Shown here: positions 46,971 to 59,344 of the stretch, piece by piece | How positions within the stretch are numbered: the first letter of the stretch is position 1 | Layout of the letters: each line of letters starts with the position of its first letter | Origin: Podarcis tiliguerta | Lineage: Eukaryota | Strand: one strand, 5' to 3' | DNA length: 64,000 bases | Assembly (NCBI GenBank): GCA_965153285.1 | Contig: OZ229115.1 | Program-made: the position numbers and the translations under genes | Notes under the pieces: model-generated | The model's database searches: none | Told to the model about the DNA's origin: nothing | The model's input: the letters and a program-made list of their open reading frames with translations, nothing else

Positions 46971-49046
46971 TACAGTTGGGCTCAAACAATACATTAAAAA
47001 ATACAAGAAACATAGTGGAAGGCTAGGGATAGAGCAGTTCTGGTTGGAAAAAGAAAATCACAGGGAGGGGGGAGAAAGGACTTTGGGAATAAATCAACAT
47101 TGCACTCTTCTGATCATTATGTCAGCACAAGACTTCCTACTTCCCACACGGAACAATCCACCCTCCTCCCTGCCCTGCTGTTCTGGGGTTACTCCCAAAT
47201 CATCGGAGTGAACTGCAAGGGCGCATTGGGTGGGGGAGCCTGTTGCACTAGCTGGAACTCTTCCATGCTTCTGCTAAAGCGCAGAATTAGTAGACTCCAG
47301 GCCCTAGTCAAGTACCCTAATGGTAGCTCAGATCAGAGTTCACCAAGGGATCCATAGCAAAAGTCGTAAGTGCCACGGCTCCCCCTTTGTCAGACCTTGA
47401 TTTGTGGCTGGCGTGGCTTTGGCATGGGGGGCAAGGAAGCAATGGGTGGGGAGAGGAGCAATGCACAAGCGAGCCCCTTGTTCCTTGTGAACCTGCAGGC
47501 TAGTCTACAGGCTCACCCCAGTAGTTTCCTGCAGTTACCGCAGGGCAGGTAAAGTAAGACACACATAAGAGGCATCATCATTGATGACAAATGCATGTTT
47601 CACGGTCTCAAATATGTGTTCCCAAAGAGATTAATTTTCCATGGAAAAAATGCCCCCCCCCCCCAGTGCATGCCTCCCTTCCCCATGGCATACCCACTTT
47701 TGCTGGAACAGCTCGTTCATGAAGCAGAAAACTGCAACTAGACCATTCCACAATTAGACCTAATTTTCAGCAATTGAAAAAAATAATAATTCCAGTATTG
47801 TAATTCTGATTACAAATAAGCAAGTTTCTGTTTACCAAAGGAAGAGTTTACAACCATCTTCCAGTAAATTGATTCAGGCTTGTTTGCAATGCGCAGCGCA
47901 CCACCAGCAGGAGAGCAGGGTGCTCCTGTCTCTGAGAAGGGAGACTGAGATCCATTGTGCTTGGCTAAAATAGAATTTGATAGTATAACCTTGGTCTTGT
48001 GACTACGTAACCTAGTTCACATAGAAGACGAGAGTAAAGCTGCCAATGCACTTCAATTTCTGGAGGGAGGGACAGAACTGAACAAGTGAGAAAAGCGGGT
48101 CGGCCAAATGTGCAGGGAAACGGGGTGGGAAGGGAGAACAATTCCTTTCTTTTGACATTGGGGTCAGGGGAACAGAACTCTCCCAGTTCCCTCCCCTCTC
48201 TTGCACATTACAGCAGCAGTTCCCAACATCTGAGCCATTGATTCCTTGGCACATGAACAACAGAGCACGTTTTCCAGTCTCTAAACCTCACCCAAATCCC
48301 AGTGTTGAGAAAATCCCCTGGGTTCCCCCCCAGGACTTCCAAGTAGCCTTCCTCCACTTTGCAGGCCCGTTCCATTTTTCAGCAGGCAGTGGTTCCACAT
48401 CATCAGTTTATCGTGGTTCAGAGCAAGTAAGTGAGTGTCCTAAGACAATAGGTGTCTGCCACCGTCTGCACTGTGACACTCCCAGCATCAAGCAGCCCAG
48501 GGGAGGCAGTCTGAGAGCCCTCCGTGAGAAAACTGGAGCATGATGAGGCGGCAGCAGACCTTCTTTCTACCGCCTTGCTCCAAGCAAAGGCACAGCAAAA
48601 GGCTACGCTGTGCGATCACCAAAGGATGAATCTTCCCCAAACTCATTCGTGAATTTGTAACCATTGCAATCTCCTATTATTGTCATTACAGAAAATGAAT
48701 GAGACGAAAAGGGAGGAGGGGAGAAAGATTACTCATTGAGGGGAATGCGTCTCGGCTAAAAAAGAAGAGAGAAAATAAATCCCTTATAACCAGAATAGGA
48801 TAAAAGTTAAAATGCAAAATATCTACACACCCTCCCCACCAAGAAACCCGATTCCACGGACGCTGTGCCAAAGGTTACATTCCAAAAAATTGAACTATTT
48901 TTATTCCTTGTGTCCCCCACTCCAGCCGGGTTTTGTTTCCTTGGGAGAAACAGGAGAGAGGGAGAGAGAGAGAAAGTTCCCCACTTCCTTCCTAGGAGGA
49001 AACAGAGGGGACCAGCTGCTTTGTGCCACGTGGCGCCAGAGCATCT

Positions 49047-49196
49047 TCAGTCTATTTTCACAGCAGCGTAAATCTTGCGGACAAACATGTAGGCTGCATA
49101 GAAGCCAATGGTCCCCGTCAAGAGCCAGAAGGACAGCACCATGAGAGCTGTGTAGCCGAAGTACAGCAAGGAAGGAATGAACTCGACAATGTCCAG
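49047..49196 (-). CDS. TM9SF4: TM9SF4 last exon (18), ...KIYAAVKID*
   Basis: [49 protein letters not shown]; KxD COPI-type C-terminal motif. Confidence 0.96.
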   Translation of the reverse strand: MDIVEFIPSLLYFGYTALMVLSFWLLTGTIGFYAAYMFVRKIYAAVKID

Positions 49197-49335
49197 CTGC
49201 AAGAGAGAACCAGAAGGAGGTCAGAGGAAGCGTGCGCCAAAGCCTCTGCAGTAGCCCCCCTAACCCAAGGAAAAGCAGGCTGGGAACCTCCCTTGGCCTC
49301 CCACCTCAACCATGTTGTGTATCATGGAACATCCA

Positions 49336-49760
49336 GCAGGGCCAGGGCCTTCTCAGCGATGGCTCCAACCTGGTGGAATGCTCTGTCCCATGAGATTAGG
49401 GCCATTCAGGATTTAACCTACTTCCATTGGGCCTGTAAGGCGGAGCTATTCCGCCTGGCCTTTAATTTGAATTCAGCCTGATCTTTTATTTCCCTTCTCT
49501 TCCCTCCCCCTCCCCTTTTATGAAGATTACCTGCTCTGAGACCCCACAGCTAATTCTCCCCTGGCCCAAGTAGGACCAATTCAGCCAGCTAGCCCTGGGG
49601 GTTATCTAATTGATTTTTGAATTTTATTGTCATTCATGTTTTTATACTGTATTTTATGCTGTCTTTATAATCAAGTGTTTTAAATTTGTTGTTAGCCGCC
49701 CTGAGCCCGGTTTTTGAACCGGGAAGGGCGAGGTATAAATAATTTAAAAAAAATTATTTA
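49336..49760 (+). mobile_element. L2 LINE 3' end
   Basis: RARAFSAMAPTWWNALSHE... plus L2 3'UTR. Confidence 0.85.
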
Positions 49761-49889
49761 TTTTTCTCCCACCCGAAGTGCTCAAGAGCAGCAAGTTTTG
49801 CCACTCGACAGCCTGCCTGACCAGATATCGCAGCCCATTCAATAGTTACTGAGTGTAGGATTCGGATCTGGTGAAAACAGCAGCGGTAC

Positions 49890-49979
49890 CTTATTCACAA
49901 AGTAGAAGACTGCGTAAATCAACACATAGAAGGCAGAACCTCCGGACACTAGGAAAGTCCTCCACCACCATCGGTAATC
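49890..49979 (-). CDS. TM9SF4: TM9SF4 exon 17
   Basis: 90 nt, [30 protein letters not shown]. Confidence 0.96.
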
Positions 49980-50558
49980 CTGGCAAACGAAGGAAAGACA
50001 TACAGCATCATTCTGCCAGCACTCTCAACAACCCTCGCAGGTGCCCAGTCGTGTGTGGGCATCCACTGCTTTGCCCACACAAGCTCTGTGAGTGGCATGC
50101 TGTGACCGAGAGCATGCAGGTTTGAGATCTTCAGGTGTGGTGGGCAGTGGATCTGCAGCCCAGGACAGGGGGAGAGCCAGGCTGCTTTCATCCCTGAGGT
50201 TCTCTTCAAACTAGGCAAGACTGCAAGCTGAAGCCAGACTCTCCAGACACGTGAAAGTGTAAATTCTTCCTCGCAGAAACACAAGCCCAAAACCCTCCTT
50301 GCGCACAGAAAATGAGCATGCCAGGGAAAAGCCGACTTTCCTCCAGGATACGCTGGCTTTCTTGTGCAGTTCTGGAAAAGCATTACTGATCAATTCAGAT
50401 GAATGTATTAACTGGCTTGTATACTTGAGGACAGGAGCTCTGTCTCTCTACCTAAATCTGATCCATGTTTCCCTTTGAGGCACCTTGCAGAACTGGGTTC
50501 CATTCCCTGCAACCCCCCAAAGACAACCCCAGGATTAATCTGCTCTATTACCTCTGCA

Positions 50559-51036
50559 AGCATCTTAAAAAGCAGAGACATCACCTTGCTGACAAAGGTC
50601 CGTATAGTTAAAGCTATGGTTTTCCCAGTAGTGATGTATGGAAGTGAGAGCTGGACCATAAAGAAGGCTGATCGCCGAAGAATTGATGCTTTTGAATTAT
50701 GGTGCTGGAGGAGACTCTTGAGAGTCCCATGGACTGCAAGAAGATCAAACCTCTCCATTCTGAAGGAAATCAGCCCTGAGTGCTCACTGGAAGGACAGAT
50801 TGTGAAGCTGAAGCTCCAATACTTTGGCCACCTCATGAGAAGACTCCCTGGAAAAGACCCTGCTGTTGGGAAAGATGGAGGGCACAAGGAGAAGGGGACG
50901 ACAGAGGACGAGATGGTTGGATAGTGTTCTTGAAGCTACCAGCATGAATTTGACTAAACTGCGGGAGGCAGTGGAAAACAGGAGGGCCTGGCGTGTTCTG
51001 GTCCAGGGGGTCACGAAGAGTCAGACACCACTAAAC

Positions 51037-51076
<40 letters not shown>
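50559..51076 (+). mobile_element. RTE-BovB LINE, 5'-truncated, long (CAA)n tail
   Basis: SILKSRDITLLTKVRIVKAMVFPVVMYG...; 12-bp TSD ATTACCTCTGCA (50547-50558, 51077-51088). Confidence 0.93.
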
Positions 51077-51077
<1 letters not shown>

Positions 51078-51081
51078 TTAC

Positions 51082-51201
51082 CTCTGCACAGAGCTGGAAG
51101 TACACCATGACGATGCTGATCTGGGAGCAAGAGACCACGAGGATGATGAACACCAAGAAGAGGAAGCCAAAGAGGTAGTAGAACTGGTTCTCCCAAATTG
51201 C
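51082..51201 (-). CDS. TM9SF4: TM9SF4 exon 16
   Basis: 120 nt, [40 protein letters not shown]. Confidence 0.96.
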
Positions 51202-52388
51202 CTGGATGCGAGAGAAAATGTGCACAAAGGAGGAGACATGAATATGGTGGGACAGCTCTTGATACACAAGAAGCGTGTAGCTTCGCAGAAAAAGGCAGCG
51301 AAGCACACCTACATCACAAACCTCTATCCAATTCTCTCCACTTTAACCATGGCTTTTCCTCAAAGAATCGGGGGATTCTTCAATTGCTTGTGTAACCGAG
51401 TTGGCTCTAGACAGGTCTCCCAGAACTAAGTTGCATTTTCAGTTCTGCTGGACCATTTCCTCAGGAAAATTGTAAGGGATCCTGGATTCTCTCTATGCTC
51501 AGGAAAGGCATCTCAGTCTTGCACAGCAGCCAGACACCCATCCCTTCTCGCAAGGCATTCTCCAATTGGAGATAGTTAAAGAAGCAAAATGTTGCAGCTA
51601 TATCTCTGGGGCTGCCACCACCGATACTGGAAGGCTCTGCAGGGCCACATCTCAACCTAGAGTGTAAAGCCCAGAAGACTTGACAAAGGAGAGCAAGCAT
51701 TCTTCATCCTGCACACAGCCTGTCAGCATCGCCTTTGAGCCAGTGCCAACAACTGGGCTCAACCTCTTCAGCCCTGACTGGGCCAGGCAAGCTGGGAAAG
51801 CACTTCCAGAGACCTTCCACTGCAGGGAGCAGGTCTAAGTGCTGTGGACTCACAACTTAGAGCTGTGAGCACCAAAACTCAGTTCCAAAAGTCAGCGGAG
51901 CACACACACAAACGACAGCTCTGAAGTATAACTTCTTTTATTCTCTACAGCTATTGTATAAGCTAACTAAAGACTAATTGGAGACGCTGGGCTGCATGAC
52001 TGTTACAGCTGCTTGAGCAGTCACTTTATGTATATACAGATAACACTCAGACTCCCTTTGAAGTCAGGCTGGAGTCGAAGAAGCAATGAGCAAAATCCGC
52101 CCTCTCCTTTCTGAAACATTGTCAGCAGATTCTTGCAATGGGAGGGGTGAAACATCCTCACACCCACCGAAAAACACTCTTGTTCTCAGTGCTATTTTTC
52201 TAGCATGAACTTCTCCCTGGTTCTCTTAGAATTCCAATGGCAGCCACTTGAGAGGTGCCGGAGCTGAGCTGAATAAAAGCCCTGCTTATCCTGACAGACC
52301 CCATCCCAACACCACTCTTTAAAAGGCACGTGGTGCACCTCTCTGGGAAGCCCACGTCCGAAAAGAAGAGGGCAGCAATGGCGCTTAC

Positions 52389-52452
52389 GCTGAAGATGAA
52401 GAAAAGTTCAATGAACATGGCTCCGAAAGGCAGAATTCCAGCCATAAGGATC
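52389..52452 (-). CDS. TM9SF4: TM9SF4 exon 15
   Basis: 64 nt, ILMAGILPFGAMFIELFFIFS. Confidence 0.96.
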
Positions 52453-53032
52453 CTAAAGATGAGAAACAGAATTTGGTTACTGGAGGAGCAGGTTTAGATC
52501 CGGTGATGCTAGTTAGGGCTGCACACATTGCAAACCTAAGAGCAGGCCAGCTGGGTAAGATCCAAGGCCATTTAGTCAAGCGTCATTTCTGACAACAGCC
52601 AGCCAGCTGCTTCCAGGAAGTCCACAAGCAGGGTCTGAAGGCAACCCCTCTAGGCTCCTTTTCCTTCCCCAGAAACTAGTATTTCATTCGGTTACTATGG
52701 GGAATGGCAGTCCATAAGTCTATGTTCCCATCTATTCCAGCTCTGGGGCTGTAAGAAAGTTAGGAAGCTTCCCTCGTACTGTCAGCGTTTTGAGCCATCC
52801 AGCACAGAGTTGGTGACAACTCTGACAGACAGCAGCGCTCTGAACTCTGTAATCCAAGACCCTTTCAACAGGACATGACCCGGACTGAACCTGGCATCAC
52901 CTGGCTCCAAAACATATGATCTGGCTCTGAGCTACAGTTACATCTTTTCATTCTCTGCCACTCAAAGTGCCTGAGCCCCACCCTGGCTGGTTGCAGATAA
53001 TCCAGCTGACTGGGATGCTGGTGGTGGCAGCA

Positions 53033-53550
53033 ATATAATAATAAATTTTTATTTATACCCCGCCCTTCTCGGTTCAGAAAACCGGGCTCAGGGCGGCTAA
53101 CAACAAATTTAAAACACCTAATTGATGCAACAAAAAAACAGCATAAAATACAGTATAAAATGTGAATAATAAATTCAGAATTCAAAAGTCAATTTAGGGG
53201 GAAGAACCATCCAATAAACATTAGATGATCACCAGGGCTAGCTGGCTAAATTAGTCCTATTTGGGCCAGCGAGGAGACCAGGGGAGAATTAGCTGTGGGA
53301 TCCCAGAACAGGTAATCTTCATAAAAAGGGGAGGGGGAGGGAAGGAAGGGGAATAAAAGATCAGGCTAAGTTCTAATTGAAAGCCAGGAGGAATGGCTCT
53401 GTCTTACCGGCCCTGCGGAAGGAAGTTAAATCCTGCAGGGCCCTGGTCTCATGGGACAGAGCATTCCACCAGGTCAGGGCCATCACTGAGAAGGCCCTGG
53501 CCGTGGTGGAGGATAGTCTGACTTCCCTAGGGCCCGGGACCTCTAAACTA
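53033..53550 (-). mobile_element. L2 LINE 3' end
   Basis: Reverse complement closely matches 49336-49760. Confidence 0.85.
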
Positions 53551-53784
53551 TGATTATTCATGACAAGATAAGCCGTCCAAGAGGCAGAACTGCTTGCCCT
53601 TCCAGCAACGGAACAGCACATCCTTTTAAAAATAAAACCTTAGATGGAGCCATCAAATTCTGGGTAGCTCAACTGAATCCCAAACCCAGCCAGCAGCAGC
53701 AGCAGCATCAGGGCTCCAGCTCCTATTTAGAATAATCAAATCCTAGAATTGTAGAGTTGGAAGGACCCCAAGGGTCATCTAGCT

Positions 53785-53915
53785 CAGCATTTCCCAACCT
53801 TGGGCCTCCAGCTGTTTTAGACTACAACTCCCATAATCCTCAGCAAGACCAGTGGTCAGGGATGATGGGAATTGTAGTTCGAAAACAGCTGGAGGCCCAA
53901 GGTTGGGAAACACTG
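53785..53915. mobile_element. Palindromic hAT-type MITE nested in a CR1 tail
   Basis: Hairpin with 8-bp TSD ATCTAGCT (53777-53784, 53916-53923). Confidence 0.85.
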
Positions 53916-54144
53916 ATCTAGCTCATCCACCTGAGGAGCAGGAATCTTTTTGCCCTGTGGAATTTGAACCCATGACCCTGAGAGTCTCATGCTTTACTGC
54001 CTGAGCTGGCAGTGGAAGGGCCTAAGGATCTTTCCAGCTTTTCTGCAGCAACTTGCTCACTGATCCCCAAAAAGAAGAAAAGAAAGAGCTACCCAACCGT
54101 CATTTGGCCCAGCTGCGCAGGAAAGGGTTTTCTGGGTCACTCAC

Positions 54145-54320
54145 CCGACGAATCGATTCATGTACCACCTCTGCTCCGGAATCTGCCTTGGAATCTGATT
54201 GGTCCGCACAGGATTGTCGTAAGGCTGCTTGCGAAATCCGAAGTAGTATCCCAGGTAGACTAGGGGCAAGGAGATGCCGAACCACATGCAAAGGAGAGCC
54301 ACCATGGTGGGGAAAGGGAC
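54145..54320 (-). CDS. TM9SF4: TM9SF4 exon 14
   Basis: 176 nt, [20 protein letters not shown]...[22 protein letters not shown]. Confidence 0.97.
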
Positions 54321-55275
54321 CTGCAAAACAGCAACGCAACTCTTAGAACGGGTGGCTGGCACAAGGTACGGCAATGGCTGAACGGGACCTGGCAAGGCAA
54401 GATGTACCCAGAGCCACCCCTTTGCCCCAGAGCATCAAGACGGAAGGTTCGCAAGGTGATACTATGGCCTAGCATTTCTTTAGAGAAGGAGTGGGGAAAC
54501 TTTCGCAGTCCAAGCACCTCATTCCCTGCTGGGAAGCCTTTGGGGGACCACATAATAATGGCAGTGAAGCTAGAGAAACAGGTGAGATTATTTTATTTTT
54601 TTGGTGCAGTTGCCCACATAAAAGCCAGAGGTTTCCACGCAGGGTTACAGCCACACACCCCTCTCCCCAACCTGGCAGGCAAGAGGCATTGTCACAGTTC
54701 AAAGACAAACGCCCTGCTGGGCAAAAGCACTTGAAAAGACTGGTGCGGCTGGCACAGCTGGATCCTGGGCTCTGCACATCTGCCAGATTTGGCCCAGGAG
54801 ATAAGGATCTGGTCCACCAGCCAGAAAGGGCTCCCTGATCTGGAAGACACCAGATTGGTGAAGGTGAGTCTAAGAGAACCTGCCTGCCGGGGGGGGGGGG
54901 TGAATGCAACACCAGGCAGCTAACGCGGTTTCCTAATTCCTAATGTTCAAAATGTGTCCTGCTTGCATATTTCACAGAATATTTTGGAAAAATCAAGATT
55001 TAGAAAATTGTTCTTAAATGTCTTTTTTAATAGCTACAGAAATGGCAGCATCCTCTTGGGGGTGGGGCCTGAGGGAAGCAAGATAATTTCCTTTCACAGA
55101 ATGTATCAGGAAGCTTTTAAGGTCTCATGTATTGTTATGTTCTTTTATATTCTGTTGGAAGCTGCCCAGAATGGCTGGGGCAACCCAGTCAGACGGGTGG
55201 GGTACAAGAAACAAATTATTATTATTATTATTATTAGTAGTAGTAGTAGTAGTAGTAGTAGTATGTGTATATTAG

Positions 55276-55627
55276 TAAAGGTAAAGGGACCCCTGACCAT
55301 TAGATCCAGTCATGGGTGACTCTGGGGTTGCGGCGCTCATCTCGCTTTCTTGGCTGAGGGAGCCAGCGTACAGCTTCCGGGTCATGTGGCCAGCATGACT
55401 AAGCCACTTCTGGCGGACCAGAGCAGTGCACGGAAACGCTGTTTACCTTCCTGCCGGAGTGGTACCTATTTATCTACTTGCACTTTGTTGTGCTTTTGAA
55501 CTGCTAGGTTGGCAGGAGCAGGGACCGAGCAACGGGAGCTCACCCCGTCGCGGGGATTCGAACCGCCGAACTTCTGATTGGCAAGTCCTAGGCTCTGTGG
55601 TTTAACCCACAGCGCCACCCATGTCCC
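55276..55627 (-). mobile_element. Sauria SINE
   Basis: 14-bp TSD TATGTGTATATTAG (55262-55275, 55628-55641). Confidence 0.92.
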
Positions 55628-55799
55628 TATGTGTATATTAGGGAAGGCAAAACATATGAGAAGCTTAAAAGGAGCTAACCAACATTTCTTATGTCTCAGA
55701 ACATATAAACAAACACAAATTATGAATGTAAGAGTTAGAAAAGAGTAGACCAAGCCAAGTGTTTCTAGAGAGAGCAAAGAGAGCTGGGAAGATACATAC

Positions 55800-55883
55800 C
55801 GCTCCCGACGAGTGTTTGCCCCAGATGAAACAGTTCAGGACGAAGCATATCCCAAAGACGACTCCTGGGTACAAGGTGGCTGT
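55800..55883 (-). CDS. TM9SF4: TM9SF4 exon 13
   Basis: 84 nt, [28 protein letters not shown]. Confidence 0.96.
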
Positions 55884-56130
55884 CTGCAAGGAGCAAAACA
55901 AGCAGGACTGAATGATGCCAGTGGCAGACGGTGTCAGCAAGGCTCATCCAAGGAACTTAATGCAGCTTCTACGCCACTTCACAGCACCAGGCGCAGAAGG
56001 CAGCAGCCTGAGAGCCCCTGCGAGAGCCAGTGATCCACAGACCAAGCTATGACTCACAAAGCCCCCGATTCAAATTCCAGATCTGCCATAGATTAGTCCC
56101 CTCAATACACACTGCTTCAGCACCTGCAAC

Positions 56131-56512
56131 TGTTGGGATGTTCCATTCCCTCTTAAGGAACAGACATGGGACTGTTGCGTGTCCCATGCCTGTCACACAC
56201 ACCAGCATTGTATGCTGGGAACTTCCGTTTGTGTACAGCTTTGTTTTGCTTTGGACACGAAGGAGATCAGACATGTTTCCTTTCGTCCTGATCTACGCTG
56301 AATAAGCCTGCTTGTAAATATGCTCACACAGCCTCTCCTGCCACTTCTGTTTGTGCAGCGTTTCTCTGCTGAATAGCGTGCTCCGTCTTCTAAAGCCTGG
56401 GTTGCAGATTTATGCTGCACCAAGGACCGGAGTTTGCGTGGCACACCAGCATTGGGCTGGAGCCAGCTGGGGGCCTGCCAATTGCCCCCGTTTCCTTGGG
56501 TGCATGCCAACA
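56131..56512 (+). mobile_element. Solo LTR, same family as 28419-28784
   Basis: TGTTGG...CCAACA termini, 5-bp TSD GCAAC. Confidence 0.82.
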
Positions 56513-57295
56513 GCAACATGGTGATAACAATATTGACCAGCCACACGGGACTGTTGTAAAGATTGCAACGGGAGAAGGAGTGCAAAGTCTCTGCACACTC
56601 AAAGATACTTCCTTTCAGTTTTATCAAAAGGGACTTCCAGTAATAAGCACATAAAATTGCTACCGACCCACCTACCTAAAAATGCTAGGAATCATCCTCA
56701 TCTCAGTTTGCACTCCTGATGCTGTGGGGTAAAAGTCTGAAAGCATCCCAGAAGCAAACAGTGAAGTCCCAGAGCAGAGACTAAACACAAGATTTGATGT
56801 GGAGAAGCAGCCAGGCCTTGCCAAGCCAGTCAGAAGCAAAAGCAGCAGGGACCTGCAAAGCTGCATGAGTTACTCAAACAGCCAAATACAACTTATTTAT
56901 TTAAGGAATCTGTAGTCCTCTTCACTCTGGAGCCCCAGGGTGGCAAGCAACATTTTAATGGCAAACACTAATAAAAATCTAGAACAAAATAAATCAATAT
57001 CATAAAACCCACCAGTGATAAATAAAACAGGAGGCGGCAGCAAGAAATCATTTTCACTGTGCCCTTTTCCCCCTCCCCAAAGCCTGATTTCTTCAATTAT
57101 GCCTGTTTTCTGTTGTAATGCAAAGGTCAGATTCCAAGGCATCACACCCCCAGCAACTCCATCCCGAGGTTATGCCAGGGCCCCTTCCAACAGCCACAGT
57201 GGTTATTTCATCATCAGAAACAAATGAGGCTCTGCAGTTTGCCCTCATGCACTTTCCCAAGTCCCTTGGGGTTTGTGAAGATCAGTATCACTTAC

Positions 57296-57371
57296 GCAGA
57301 AAGCCCCTTTCTTCCACCGGTGGCCTTTCAGTGTCCGATAGAGTCGGCCAGCGGAGAAACCACCAAAAACC
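57296..57371 (-). CDS. TM9SF4: TM9SF4 exon 12
   Basis: 76 nt, [25 protein letters not shown]. Confidence 0.95.
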
Positions 57372-57471
57372 CTAGTGCAGAGGACACAGAGAGGAGAAGC
57401 AGAAGGTTACCTCCCATCACAGGTCAGGCAGAGGGATGATGGCTGACGCAAAGGACAAGCCACAAACTTAC

Positions 57472-57553
57472 CCCATGAACATGAAGAGGAAGCAGGCTGT
57501 GGTCATCAGGGCACCTCGGCTGGAAGGAGACAGCATCCCCAGCATGGCCACAA
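57472..57553 (-). CDS. TM9SF4: TM9SF4 exon 11
   Basis: 82 nt, [26 protein letters not shown]; 100-nt intron to exon 12. Confidence 0.95.
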
Positions 57554-57777
57554 CTGAAAGGCAAGGAAAGGAGGATTAAGGGCCACAAACCAATACTCCG
57601 CTACAGAAAGCCAACCTGCCGGAATTCAAAGAGAGCCCTTGCACACTGAGAAGGGGTGTGTGTGCTTTGCTGAGTATTCACAAAGCACATTTGTTCACCG
57701 CGGCACTATTTTTCAACTTTTCTATCCCCACTTGTTTTTTCAAACAGGCTTGAAGTGGGTTAGCGAGCAGTCATGAA

Positions 57778-57781
57778 AATA

Positions 57782-57832
<51 letters not shown>

Positions 57833-58405
57833 TTATTTGTATCCAGCCACTCTGGGCCGTTTCCAATGAAGATTAAAAATATATTAAAATGTCACACGTT
57901 AAAGCTTCCCTAAACAGGGCTGCCTTCAGATGTCTTCTAAATGTCAGGTAGTTGTTTATCTCTGACATCTGATGGGAGGGCTTTCCACAGGGCGGGCGCC
58001 ACTACCGAGAAGCCCCTCTGCCTTGTTCCCTGTAGCTTTGCTTCTCACAGTAAAGGAACCACCAGAAGGCCCTTGGCGCTGGGCCTCAGGGTCTGGGCAG
58101 AACGATGGGCGTGGAGACACTCCTTCAGATATACTGGACCGAGGCCGTTTAGGGCTTTAAAGGTCAGCACCAACACTTTGGATTGTGCTCGGAAACGTAC
58201 TGGGAGCCAGTGTAGGTCTTTCAAGACCGGTGTTATATGGTCTCGGCGGCTGCTCCCAGTCACCACTCTAGCTGCCGCATTCTGGATTACTTGTAGTTTC
58301 CGAGTCACCTTCAAAGGTAGCCCCACGTAGAGCCCATTGCAGTAGTCCAAGTGGGAGATAACTAGTACATGCACCACTCTGGCAAGACTGTCTGTGGGCA
58401 GGTAG
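57778..58405 (-). mobile_element. L2 LINE 3' end with (AAT)n tail
   Basis: LARVVHVLVISHLDYCNGLYVGLPLKVTRKLQ...; (AAT)n 57778-57831. Confidence 0.9.
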
Positions 58406-58731
58406 GAGACATAATCCCCAAAGAGCTCCAATATACATTTAAAGCAAACAACTATTAACAGCACACAATTCTCTAGAATGCAAAGGGGTCTTTCAAAGGG
58501 GTGGGGGACATCAGTAAGTGGCTCCAAGAGGAAACTGACACCTGAGAATCAGTATGCAGACAAGCCGATGTCTTGGCAATTGCCATAATGGCTTTGATGT
58601 AAGGCCACACATCCCAGCACAGAGGGACCAGCTTGTTCAACAAGCTGTCTTCCTCCTTAGCCCGTAGAGTCTCTTCTCCCCTGCCCCTTTTCACAAAGAA
58701 GCACTCCCAGGCTCCCCGGTTGGATACTCAC

Positions 58732-58864
58732 AAATAACAATCAGGATCATGCAAAAGAGCTGGATTCCGGAGCCCAGGAGGGAGCTGAGGATCATGGGAT
58801 ACTGAGGCGGCCTGAAAACATCACCGTGCACCAACTTCCACCCAGATTCCTCCATGGTGTCTTC
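58732..58864 (-). CDS. TM9SF4: TM9SF4 exon 10
   Basis: 133 nt, [20 protein letters not shown]...CMILIVI. Confidence 0.97.
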
Positions 58865-59344
58865 CTGCAGGGAAAATCGACACACAGGGGGAATGAAATC
58901 AAGCCCCACGAAAGGGACTGCTATTCTCCCCACCCCCACTGCCACAGAGATGTGCAGAGCATGTCCTCTCTTCCCCCAGGGCTCTCCTCTTTGCAGCGAG
59001 TCACCACATGACACAAAACCTTAAAGCCCTTCTGGGTGCTGCCTGCAGCTGAAAAGTGTTTCACCCCAGCAAGGAATGAGAAGGCAGGCCTGGCAAGGTC
59101 TACCGAGAATCTGCCATTAAGTGGTTAAGCCCCAGTATGAACTCTGGACTAGCAAGGGACTCTCTACCCACATCACTAGCTATGGAATTTGATGCCACAA
59201 GACACAGCAGCGCTTTAAAAAAGGGATCGGTCAGGTGAACAGCAGAAAGTGACCAGGTGGCTACTGGACATTCTAGCTATGTGCTACCTCCAGGTTCAGC
59301 CTTGCTCCAATGGGCTTCCCAGAGGCATCCACCTGGCTGACAAT

